Below are positions 34,405-42,509 of a DNA stretch of 64,000 nucleotides, piece by piece (within the stretch, counting starts at the first letter, position 1; each line of letters begins with the position of its first letter). The notes beneath the pieces are model-generated. The model saw only the letters and a list, made by a program, of their open reading frames with translations. It searched no databases and was not told the origin of the DNA. This DNA is from an uncultured Acetobacteraceae bacterium (GTDB lineage: Bacteria > Pseudomonadota > Alphaproteobacteria > Acetobacterales > Acetobacteraceae), in contig CAXUDP010000002.1 of the NCBI GenBank assembly GCA_964249735.1, positions 1,052 through 65,051 on the forward strand. Direction: 5' to 3'. Position numbers and translations under genes: made by a program.

Positions 34405-34556
34405 GGTCGACTCCCCGACGGCGTCCGGCCGGATCCTTGTGGGCCGCGGTTCGCCGGACCGGTCGGCGCCGCTCGTTCTAGACCAGCTTGGGCCGGGCTG
34501 GAACAGTGCATGCTCTTGCCGCGGGCGCCGGTTCGCCGGATGCTGCGTCCACGCCG

Positions 34557-36608
34557 ATGATCCCCCGTCCCCGCCTTCCGATCCGCTCCGGACCCGATGC
34601 GCGGACGCGGCCCGGGCTGCTGATCCTCGCCCTCCTGCCGCTTGCCGGCTGCGCCGGCAGCACGGTGCCGGTGGCGGCCATGGCACGGGCGGAGACACAG
34701 GCGGCACCGGCGGTGGTGGAACGCGACGCGGCCGCGGACCGGGACGACCCGGTGGCGGCGCGGCTGTCGGTCTACCTGCGTCTGCTCCGGCCCGGCGGCG
34801 GGTCGGCTGCCGCCATCGCCGGGTTCCTGTCGCAGAACCCGACCTGGCCGAACCGGGCGCTGCTGCGCCAGCGGCTCGATCAGGCGATCGCCGCGGAAAC
34901 CGACCCGGCAGCGCTGGGCGCCGTGTGCGGCAGCGTGAGCCCGGACTCCGCCGCCTCGCTGCTGCGCTGCGCCGGGATCCTTCCCTCGTCCGGATCCACC
35001 GTGGAGCTTCCGGATGCGGTGCCGCCGGCGCTGGTGGCCGCGGCGCGCGACGCCTGGGTGCACGGCATCGACGGACCCGACCAGGCATCGGCATTCCTGC
35101 GCGTCTGGGGCCGATTCCTGACCGCGAACGACCAGGAGCACCGCTTCGATCGCCTCGAATGGGCCGGCAACGCCCTCGCCGCTGGCCGCACCCTGCCGCT
35201 GCTGCCGCCAGCGGACCAGGCGCTGGCCGCGGCCCGGCTGGCGCTGCGACGCAACACGCCGGACGCCGATGCCGTCGCGGCCTCACTGCCTGCCTCGGAC
35301 GCGCACGATCCGGTGCTGGTGCTGGAGCTGACGCGCTGGCTGCGCCGCAACGGCCGCCTTGATGCCGCGGTGTCGCTCTGGCACGGCGATGCGGCAGCGG
35401 CGGAAGCGCGGGTCGGTCCCGACCGGCTGCCCGCGTTCTGGACCGAGCGTGACGCCCTGTCCCGGGACCTGCTGGGCGGGAACCGCAACGTCGACGCCCT
35501 CGCCGTCGCCGACGACCGGATGCAGGTCGAGCCGGGACCGCGACTCGACGCCGACTTCCTCACCGGCTGGATCGCGCTGCGCCGCCTGCACGACCCGGTG
35601 GCCGCCGAGGCGCGATTTGCCCCGCTGATGCAGGCGGCCGCCGTCATCACCCGCAGCCGCGGCGCCTACTGGACCGGGCGAGCCCGGCTGGCACGCGGCA
35701 ATGCCGGCGGGGCCACCGCTGCGCTGGAGCAGGCGGCCGCCTTCCCGACCACCTTCTATGGACAGCTCGCCGCCGCCCGGCTGCAGCCGCCGGCGCCGGG
35801 GCCGGCGACTCTGCTGGCGCCGACCGCGGCGGATCCGGCCGCCGATCGTCTCCGGCAGCTGCACGATCCCGCCTGGACCCAGGACGAGGCGATCCGTTTC
35901 GCCGGGCTGGAGCTGGCACGGGCGGCGGAGCTGCTGGTGGCCTGGAACGACCGCAGGCACGCGCGCGCCTTCCTGCTCCGCCTCGACGCGATGGCGACCA
36001 CCGATGCCGACCACGCCCTGGCCGCCTCCCTCGCCGATCGGCTCGACCTGCCGGACGTGGCGGTAGCCGTCGCGCGCACAGCCGGCCGGCACGGGCTGGT
36101 TCTGCGTGAGGCGGGCTGGCCGCAACCGTTCACCCCGCCGGACGACACCCTGCCGCCGGGACTGGCGCTGGCGGTGATGCGTCAGGAAAGCAGCTTCGAC
36201 CCGCAGGTCACGAGCCCGGCCGGCGCGCGCGGGCTGATGCAGCTCACGGACGGCACCGCCCGCGACACCGCACGCGCCGCCGGGCGGCCGGACCTGTCCG
36301 GCGGCGGAACGGTTCTGTTCGACGCGAACGCCAACATGACGCTGGGGGACGCCTACCTCGACACCCTGCTGGCCCGGTTCGGCGGCGTGGTGCCGTATGC
36401 GGTGGCGGCCTACAACGCCGGCCCGCACCGGGTCGACCAGTGGCTGGCGGCCGGCGATCCGGCGCGTGCGCCCGCCGCCGGGATCGACCGCCAGGACGGC
36501 ATGGTCGACTGGATCGAGAGCATTCCCTACGCGGAAACGCGCAACTACGTGCAGCGGGTGATGGAGAACATGGCGATCTACCGCGCCGGACCCGGCTCCC
36601 GCGCATGA
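34557..36608 (+). CDS. Lytic murein transglycosylase (Slt70-like), probable lipoprotein
   Basis: Start chosen at MIPRPRL with lipobox LLPLAGC. Long superhelical Ala/Leu-rich N-terminal region. C-terminal SLT domain AVMRQESSFDPQVTSPAGARGLMQL...AYNAGPHRV. Confidence 0.85.
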   Translation: MIPRPRLPIRSGPDARTRPGLLILALLPLAGCAGSTVPVAAMARAETQAAPAVVERDAAADRDDPVAARLSVYLRLLRPGGGSAAAIAGFLSQNPTWPNRALLRQRLDQAIAAETDPAALGAVCGSVSPDSAASLLRCAGILPSSGSTVELPDAVPPALVAAARDAWVHGIDGPDQASAFLRVWGRFLTANDQEHRFDRLEWAGNALAAGRTLPLLPPADQALAAARLALRRNTPDADAVAASLPASDAHDPVLVLELTRWLRRNGRLDAAVSLWHGDAAAAEARVGPDRLPAFWTERDALSRDLLGGNRNVDALAVADDRMQVEPGPRLDADFLTGWIALRRLHDPVAAEARFAPLMQAAAVITRSRGAYWTGRARLARGNAGGATAALEQAAAFPTTFYGQLAAARLQPPAPGPATLLAPTAADPAADRLRQLHDPAWTQDEAIRFAGLELARAAELLVAWNDRRHARAFLLRLDAMATTDADHALAASLADRLDLPDVAVAVARTAGRHGLVLREAGWPQPFTPPDDTLPPGLALAVMRQESSFDPQVTSPAGARGLMQLTDGTARDTARAAGRPDLSGGGTVLFDANANMTLGDAYLDTLLARFGGVVPYAVAAYNAGPHRVDQWLAAGDPARAPAAGIDRQDGMVDWIESIPYAETRNYVQRVMENMAIYRAGPGSRA

Positions 36609-37093
36609 GCGGCGGGGCTCGCTGGGCGCGGGTGGTGGCGAGCTTCGGCGGCGTCGGCTTCACGCCGCGTGCGCCGGGCACGGCAGGAACGCTGGCGGCC
36701 CTGCCATTCGGCTGGGCGTTGCTGCAGGCGCCCTGGCTGCTGGTCGGGGCGATCCTGGCAGCCTGCGTCGGCGGGACCGTCGCGGTGCAGCGTGCCGCCG
36801 ATGGCGTCGACCACGGCTGGATCGTGATCGACGAGGTGGCAGGGCTGTGGATCACGCTGCTCGGGCTGGTCGGCCTGCCACGGCTGCCGCCGCCGCACGG
36901 GATCGGACTGGCGGTCGGGCTTGTGACGGCCTTCGCCCTGTTCCGGCTGCTGGACATCGCCAAGCCCGGCCCGATCGGACGGATCGACCGGCGCCACGAC
37001 TCGTTGGGGGTGATGGGCGACGACGTCGCCGCCGGGCTCGCGGGCGCGGTTCTGTTGCTCGCGGCGAGGCTGGCGCTGGATTGGGACCGATGA
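36605..37093 (+). CDS. pgpA: Phosphatidylglycerophosphatase A
   Basis: The ATG overlaps the slt stop (ATGA). FGGVGFTPRAPGTAGTLAALP...IVIDEVAGLW...LFRLLDIAKPGPIG...GVMGDDVAAG are PgpA motifs. 162 aa. Confidence 0.86.
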   Translation: MSGGARWARVVASFGGVGFTPRAPGTAGTLAALPFGWALLQAPWLLVGAILAACVGGTVAVQRAADGVDHGWIVIDEVAGLWITLLGLVGLPRLPPPHGIGLAVGLVTAFALFRLLDIAKPGPIGRIDRRHDSLGVMGDDVAAGLAGAVLLLAARLALDWDR

Positions 37094-37614
37094 TTGACCA
37101 GGACACGCTGGACCAGGCCGGGCTGCTGCTGGAACGGCTGAAGGCCGCCGGCGTGAGCGTCGCCACCGCCGAAAGCTGCACCGGCGGCCTGGTGGCGGCG
37201 GCGCTGACGCACCATGCCGGCTCGTCTGCCGCGGTGCTGGGCGGGTTCGTGACCTACTCCAACGAGATGAAGCAGGAGCTGCTCGGGGTCGGGACCGCGC
37301 TGCTCGACAAATTCGGAGCAGTGAGCGGCGAGGTCGCGGCGGCGATGGCGGAGGGTGCGCTGGCCCGGAGCGGCGCCGGCCTGGCCGTATCCATCACCGG
37401 GATTGCCGGTCCCGGAGGCGCCACCGCGGCCAAGCCGATCGGCCTGGTCTGGTTCGGTCTGGCGCAGGCTGGCCATCCGATACGGACCGAGCGTCTGGTG
37501 CTGCCGGGCGACCGTGGTCAGGTCCGAGCGGCGTCGGTTCGCCACGCCCTCGCCTTGCTGGATGGCGCTCTGCCTGTCGATCGACCGGGCGGCGTCGATC
37601 GAACGATGCGCTAG
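37090..37614 (+). CDS. CinA C-terminal domain protein (nicotinamide-nucleotide amidohydrolase PncC-like)
   Basis: The ATG overlaps the pgpA stop (ATGA). VATAESCTGGLVAAALT...SSAAVLGGFVTYSNEMK...LAVSITGIAGPGG...GLVWFG is the CinA/PncC core. Confidence 0.86.
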   Translation: MIDQDTLDQAGLLLERLKAAGVSVATAESCTGGLVAAALTHHAGSSAAVLGGFVTYSNEMKQELLGVGTALLDKFGAVSGEVAAAMAEGALARSGAGLAVSITGIAGPGGATAAKPIGLVWFGLAQAGHPIRTERLVLPGDRGQVRAASVRHALALLDGALPVDRPGGVDRTMR

Positions 37615-37982
37615 GCGACGCCTTCCTTGCGGTGCTTGTGGTGCGACCGGTTGAAGGCATGGATCTGTTCGGCCGTGATCCATCCCTTGTGGTCGGTGTC
37701 TATCTCGTCGAAGTGCTTGGCCACACGCGGCCAATCCGCCAGCTCCACTTGTTGCCGCGTCAGGTGACCGTCATGAGTGGTGTTGGCCTGGGCGAAATGC
37801 GCCTCGACGCCACTGGAACCGTGGCGGATCTCGATCCGGTCGGGATCGACGGCCTGGGGCGCAGCATTAGACAAAACGGTTGGCACGGATGCCGCGCGCG
37901 ACGGCGCGGATTGTGCCAGGGCGGATAGCCCGGCAAGGCTGCCGCAGAGCAGGACGGCGCTGATGTTGAGGACCATGCGCAT
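37611..37982 (-). CDS. Secreted EF-hand-like protein (123 aa)
   Basis: Signal peptide MRMVLNISAVLLCGSLAGLSALA|QS. Two EF-loop-like segments, ANTTHDGHLTRQQV and EIDTDHKGWITAEQI. Its TAG stop shares a CTAG palindrome with the convergent cinA-like stop. Confidence 0.68.
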   Translation of the reverse strand: MRMVLNISAVLLCGSLAGLSALAQSAPSRAASVPTVLSNAAPQAVDPDRIEIRHGSSGVEAHFAQANTTHDGHLTRQQVELADWPRVAKHFDEIDTDHKGWITAEQIHAFNRSHHKHRKEGVA

Positions 37983-38100
37983 GTGGATCGCTTTCCTGAC
38001 GACGCCGGTAACACCGGACTATGGGTTCCCGGCCACCGGCCTTGAACACACATAGTTGATCAGGAAAAGCTTAAAACGAGATGAACGATTCGTGATCGAC

Positions 38101-38126
38101 GGGAGGCCGACGTCAATCGGCCTCCC
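38101..38126 (-). terminator. Rho-independent-type terminator after the His-rich ORF
   Basis: GGGAGGCCGA-cgtcaa-TCGGCCTCCC, a perfect 10-bp stem, 10 nt after the TAG stop (complement 38137-38139). Followed on the reverse strand by a T-rich stretch (..CGTTTTAAGCTTTTCC..). Confidence 0.6.
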
Positions 38127-38136
38127 GGATCGGGGT

Positions 38137-38526
38137 CTACTGGCCGCCGGGCGTGTTCGACGGCGTGGTGGTACCGGTGCTGCCCGAGGAGGGGGCGCTG
38201 CCGGACGGCGGCATGGTGGACGGCGCCGCCATGCCGGTCCCCGGGGCGGTGCTGGAGGACGGCGTGCTCATCGGCGTGGTGCTGTCGCCGGAGGCGGGCG
38301 TGCTGCCACCGCGCGCGGCGGCAAGGCTCTTGGCGTTCAGCTCGTCGGTGGACGGATCACCGGCCCGCTTCGAGTGGGTCTTCGGACCCTGCATGTGATC
38401 CATGCGGCTCGAGTGATGGTGATGGTGGTGCATCGGCGGCTTGCTGGTGTCGGTGGTCTGAGCCATGGCAGGAACAGCAAAGGCCAGCGCGGCCGTGCAG
38501 ATCGAGGCACTCAGGATCGACTTCAT
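38137..38526 (-). CDS. Secreted His/Met-rich, Ser/Thr/Pro-rich low-complexity protein (129 aa)
   Basis: Internal ATG (complement 38524-38526) with AAGGA 8 nt upstream. Signal peptide MKSILSASICTAALAFAVPAMA|QT, then KPPMHHHHHHSSRMDHMQGPKTHSK, then an STP-rich tail. Followed by a strong hairpin terminator. Confidence 0.6.
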   Translation of the reverse strand: MKSILSASICTAALAFAVPAMAQTTDTSKPPMHHHHHHSSRMDHMQGPKTHSKRAGDPSTDELNAKSLAAARGGSTPASGDSTTPMSTPSSSTAPGTGMAAPSTMPPSGSAPSSGSTGTTTPSNTPGGQ

Positions 38527-38666
38527 GGATGTTCCTTTTCTGTCACGACCGACAGAGCTGTGAGACAAAGAAGCGTCGTCGGCAGACGCTCCGACACGAC
38601 CAAGCAACGACCACACGCCGTGGCAGTTGCGCCACAGTCGGATAAACCGGGACATCAGCGTGAAAA

Positions 38667-39158
38667 TCAGCTGGCCGGCGCCGGATCCGCCGTGGCGGGC
38701 GTCACGACCTGGACGGCCGGACGCGGCGGCACGCCGTAGATGTCGCGGGCGCGCTTGAGGAAGGCGCCGACCATCAGGCGGACCGCCTCGTTGAACACCA
38801 CGCCGATCGCGACCTGCAGCAGGCGCGAACGGAACTCGAACTCGACGAAGAAATCGACCAAACAACCGCGTGGGTCGGGGGTGAAGGTCCACACGTTGTT
38901 GAGGTAGCGGAACGGGCCCTTCTCGTAGCGGACCTTTACCGTGCGCGGACGGTCCAGCGCCACCCGGCTGGTGAAGCTTTCCCGGAACGGGCCGAAGCCG
39001 ATGCTCATGTCGGCGACCAGCTCGGTGTCGGTGTGGCTGCGCACCCGTGCACCGGTGCACCAGGGCAGGAACTCCGGATAGCGGCCCACGTCGGCCACCA
39101 TGTCGAACAGCTGCTCGGCGGTGTAGGGAATGAGGCGGCGTTCGGCGTGGGTCGGCAT
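38667..39158 (-). CDS. SRPBCC/START-fold protein of the RatA / COQ10 family
   Basis: [34 protein letters not shown]...FRESFTSRV...GPFRYLNNVWTF is the polyketide-cyclase/COQ10-like pattern. The ATG overlaps the lipA stop (ATGA), a conserved lipA neighbour. Confidence 0.85.
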   Translation of the reverse strand: MPTHAERRLIPYTAEQLFDMVADVGRYPEFLPWCTGARVRSHTDTELVADMSIGFGPFRESFTSRVALDRPRTVKVRYEKGPFRYLNNVWTFTPDPRGCLVDFFVEFEFRSRLLQVAIGVVFNEAVRLMVGAFLKRARDIYGVPPRPAVQVVTPATADPAPAS

Positions 39159-40144
39159 CAGGATGCTACGCGCGAGCCCGCCAAACGTGCCGCGCGCGCC
39201 TCGCGCAGTGCAGCAAAATCCTCGTCCGCATGATACGACGAACGGGTCAGCGGGGTCGCGCTCACCTGCAGGAAGCCTTTGGCACGCGCCATCGAGGCGT
39301 AGTCGGCGAACTCGTCCGGCGTCACGAACCGGTCCACCGCGGCATGCTTCACGCTCGGCTGCAGGTACTGGCCGAGGGTGAGGAAGTCGACCTCGGCGAT
39401 GCGCAGGTCGTCCATCACCTGCAGCACCTCCGGGCGCCCTTCGCCCAGCCCCACCATCATGCCGGACTTGGTGAAGATCGCAGGATCCAGCTGCTTGACC
39501 CGGTCCAGCAGGCGCACCGACTGGTAGTAGCGCGCACCCGGCCGGATCGTGGCATAGAGCCGGGGCACGGTTTCCAGGTTGTGGTTGAACACGTCCGGTC
39601 GGGCCTCGACCACCACCTCCAGGGCACCCGGCTTGCGCAGGAAGTCAGGGGTCAGGATCTCGACCGTAGTGTCCGGCGCAGCGCGGCGGAGCGCGCCGAT
39701 CACGGCCGCGAAATGTGCCGCCCCGCCGTCCGGGAGATCGTCGCGGTCGACCGAGGTGATCACCACGTGGCGTAGGCCAAGCGTGGCCACCGCGTCGGCC
39801 ACCCGTCCCGGCTCGCCCGCGTCGAGCGCGTCCGGCTGACCGGTGCGCACGTTGCAGAAGGCGCAGGCGCGTGTGCAGATCTCGCCCATGATCATCATGG
39901 TGGCGTGGCGCTGCGACCAGCACTCGCCGATGTTGGGGCAGGCCGCCTCCTCGCACACCGTCACCAGCTTCTTGTCGCGCATCAGGGTGCGCGTCTCGTG
40001 GTAGACCGGATGCGTCGGCGCCTTGACCCGGATCCAGTCCGGCTTGCGCAGGATGGGGTTGTCCGGTCGGTGCGCCTTTTCCGGATGGCGCGGTGCTGCA
40101 ACGGCGCTCCCGCTCCGGTGGTCGATCAGCACTCGGGTGGACAT
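39158..40144 (-). CDS. lipA: Lipoyl synthase
   Basis: From MSTRVLIDH. Two cluster motifs, [12 protein letters not shown] and radical-SAM [10 protein letters not shown], plus [10 protein letters not shown]. 328 aa. The upstream part of the track ORF is non-homologous. Confidence 0.93.
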   Translation of the reverse strand: MSTRVLIDHRSGSAVAAPRHPEKAHRPDNPILRKPDWIRVKAPTHPVYHETRTLMRDKKLVTVCEEAACPNIGECWSQRHATMMIMGEICTRACAFCNVRTGQPDALDAGEPGRVADAVATLGLRHVVITSVDRDDLPDGGAAHFAAVIGALRRAAPDTTVEILTPDFLRKPGALEVVVEARPDVFNHNLETVPRLYATIRPGARYYQSVRLLDRVKQLDPAIFTKSGMMVGLGEGRPEVLQVMDDLRIAEVDFLTLGQYLQPSVKHAAVDRFVTPDEFADYASMARAKGFLQVSATPLTRSSYHADEDFAALREARAARLAGSRVAS

Positions 40145-40211
40145 GGGGCTGCGTGTATCCGCTCGGAGAAGGAAACCGTGCCCAGACAGGTGGCGCCGTG
40201 GCGGACGGGCG

Positions 40212-41666
40212 TCAAGCACGACGCTGTCGCGCGCGGACCAGCACTGCGGTTCCCCCCAGCACCACCAGCACCACACCCGCCGCGGTGACCGGCCGGCGGT
40301 GGCGACGGGCGGCCGAAGCGAGCTGGCTGAAGGGCTCCCTCCAGCGCAGCCGCGCCGCCGCGTCGAAGTCCGGCGCCGGGCAGCCATAGCCGAACCGGGT
40401 GGCGAACGGCACGATCGCACCGGAGGCCCTGTAGCGCCGGTAGAGCCGGTACGCGTCCGCCTCGTCGTCGCTCCCGAACATCCAGCCGGCGGCGCGGCAC
40501 AGCACTGCGGCAACGGCCTGCGAACGCGGCGCAAGCACGTCGGCCGCGCGTTCCGCGTCGGCCGCCACTAGGAACCGGTAATGGAAGCGGCGGTTCGGCA
40601 CCGCGCCGCTGCCGGCATAGCGCCAGCGCTCGTTCGCCGTGACCAACGGCCCGGAGGGCGGACTCCCCGGGCCGTAGGCGTGGTCGAACCGGGCATCGAC
40701 CGCCCCCTGGTCGGGATCGAGCTCGGTGCCGAACAGTTCCAGGCCGTGCCGCCGGGCGATCAGCGCAGCCTCCCACGCCGCACGCGCCCGGTCGGTTCGC
40801 CAGAAGGCGCGTTCCGACCGGGCCAGGGCGTCCCCATAGGCTTCGGCCTCCCGGCGCTCCTCAGTCATCGTGAAGGATGCGATCGCGTCCGCCCAGCGCC
40901 TGTCGCGCATCAGCCGCCGCGCCAGCAGCTCACGCAGAGCACGAGCCGGGTTCCAGCGCCTGGCCTCCTGGTCGGTCGAACCGGCGGACACATCCTGTTC
41001 CGTCAACAACGCGACGGGCGGCACGCTGGCCGCCACGAAACGACGCAGCGCGTCGGTTGTCAGCACCCGCTCCGCGAGATAGGCAGCGTCTCCCCAGTAC
41101 CGGTCGGCGAGCGGATACAGGATCGCCATTGCCTGCCCCAAATCACCCCGTGCCAGGGTGATGATGCCGGCTTCGGCCTGGACACGCCCGGCAGCCTCCG
41201 CGGTCACGGCGTCCGAATGTGCCGCCAGCTCCCGCACTGCGGCATCATAGGCGCGGCCGGTGGCGCGCAGGTCGTTCCGCTGCAGCGACAGCTTGGCGCG
41301 GATCCACGCCACCAGCGGTCCGGTTCCGTGTACCACGAACCGGTCCGCCAGATCGTAGCTGCCTTGGAGGTAGGCCAGCGCCGCCAGCCGGCCGGCATCC
41401 TCCCCGTTCAGCCCGCTGGCGGCGGTCATGACATCCGACAACCGGTTCAGCACGCGGTCCTCGAACCGCTCCGGGCTCAGGTTCGGAAAGAACGGCGCGT
41501 CATAGAGAAGCACGTCCCTCCCGTGAGCCTCGAACATGTCCTGCGGCGCCGGGCCGGTTGCGGACAAGGCATAGAGCACGAGCAGGTGGCACAGCAGCGG
41601 GTCCTGGACGGCCGCTGCAAGCCAAGCGGACGCGCCGGGCCTGTCCGACAGCAGCGCCTCCGCCAC
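40212..41666 (-). CDS. Hypothetical Ala/Arg-rich helical-repeat protein with a C-terminal membrane anchor; probably the C-terminal part of a gene split by an amber codon
   Basis: 484-aa ORF with a GTG start, in the same frame as the upstream ORF and separated from it by TAG-CTG only. Ends with a TM helix, [19 protein letters not shown], then RARQRRA. No recognisable catalytic motif. Confidence 0.55.
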   Translation of the reverse strand: MAEALLSDRPGASAWLAAAVQDPLLCHLLVLYALSATGPAPQDMFEAHGRDVLLYDAPFFPNLSPERFEDRVLNRLSDVMTAASGLNGEDAGRLAALAYLQGSYDLADRFVVHGTGPLVAWIRAKLSLQRNDLRATGRAYDAAVRELAAHSDAVTAEAAGRVQAEAGIITLARGDLGQAMAILYPLADRYWGDAAYLAERVLTTDALRRFVAASVPPVALLTEQDVSAGSTDQEARRWNPARALRELLARRLMRDRRWADAIASFTMTEERREAEAYGDALARSERAFWRTDRARAAWEAALIARRHGLELFGTELDPDQGAVDARFDHAYGPGSPPSGPLVTANERWRYAGSGAVPNRRFHYRFLVAADAERAADVLAPRSQAVAAVLCRAAGWMFGSDDEADAYRLYRRYRASGAIVPFATRFGYGCPAPDFDAAARLRWREPFSQLASAARRHRRPVTAAGVVLVVLGGTAVLVRARQRRA

Positions 41667-41669
41667 CAG

Positions 41670-42440
41670 CTACAACGAGCTGGTGCCGCCGTCGCCGCCC
41701 AGGGTAGCCTGCTCACCGTACAGCGTCACAGCCTTGTGCAGCCCCGCGATCGCCGCATCGGTCGGATGGTCGCGTCCCGCCGCCCCGCCCTCCATCGGCA
41801 GCCCGCTTGCCCGCAGCGACAGCCGCGCTTCCTCGCCGAGGCTCGCCAGAGCCAGCCCGAGCGGATCGGCGGCGCCGCCATCGACCCGCCTGCGGACTAC
41901 CCGGAACGCGTCGGTCGCCGCCGCGTCCGCCCCGCACGCCGCCAGCGCACGGCCCAGCATGAAGCCCGCCCACAGCGTCCGGTCCGGTCCGGGTGCCGCT
42001 GGCACAGCCGACACCCGGCGGAAGCGGTCCGCTGCACCGGCGCAATCGCCCGCGTCGAAGGCGACCGCGCCTGCGACATAGAGCCGCACCCCGTCCGGCA
42101 GCGCCCGCCCGGCCGCCTCCGCAGCGTCTGCTTCGGCCTGGCGTCGCATGGCTGAGACCAGCGCCGCGTCCGACGCGGACAAGGTGCGACGCTCCTCCGA
42201 CTCCCTAGTCGGCTGGTCCGTGCCGCTGCTACCTGCGGGAAGCGACGGCAGGCGCAGGGACGGCCTGGGCACCAGACGCGCCGCACCGAAGGCGAAGCTG
42301 TCGATCGGAAGGTCCTCGAGCGTCTGGTCGCGGTTGTCGAGCAGCTGCCAGGGAAAGCCCGGTCCGCAGGCGAAGGCCGCCGAGCCCGTCAGGGCGGCGG
42401 ACAGGACGAGCCAGCCGCGGAGCGTCACCCGGTCGATCAT
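41670..42440 (-). CDS. Hypothetical exported protein (N-terminal part of the amber-split gene)
   Basis: Start chosen at ATG (complement 42438-42440), MIDRVTLRGWLVLSAALTGSAAFA|CGPGFPWQLLDNR (signal peptide, AXA site). The track start is a GTG at 42482. Ala-rich helical repeats. Terminates at TAG (complement 41670-41672). Confidence 0.55.
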   Translation of the reverse strand: MIDRVTLRGWLVLSAALTGSAAFACGPGFPWQLLDNRDQTLEDLPIDSFAFGAARLVPRPSLRLPSLPAGSSGTDQPTRESEERRTLSASDAALVSAMRRQAEADAAEAAGRALPDGVRLYVAGAVAFDAGDCAGAADRFRRVSAVPAAPGPDRTLWAGFMLGRALAACGADAAATDAFRVVRRRVDGGAADPLGLALASLGEEARLSLRASGLPMEGGAAGRDHPTDAAIAGLHKAVTLYGEQATLGGDGGTSSL

Positions 42441-42509
42441 CCATCCGTTCCCGATGCGGCATGCCGGCACCCGAGCGGCCACCGCTTCTCGAAACGTTAG
42501 CGCAACGGA

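Noticed and set aside
33526-35286. 586-aa minus-strand ORF extending dapA far upstream; the same pattern applies to track ORFs 5318..6454, 10534..12126, 11708..13135, 14593..16020, 21369..22793, 27173..29392, 39158..40534 and 48842..49897
   Set aside because: Only the 3' portion of each matches the conserved protein. The upstream extensions overlap neighbouring real genes and have no homology-like sequence. Internal starts with sensible N-termini were used instead.
38667-39158. RatA-annotated family gene considered as a toxin of a toxin-antitoxin pair
   Set aside because: It is an SRPBCC/COQ10-like protein translationally coupled to lipA, a conserved housekeeping arrangement. No small antitoxin ORF is adjacent.
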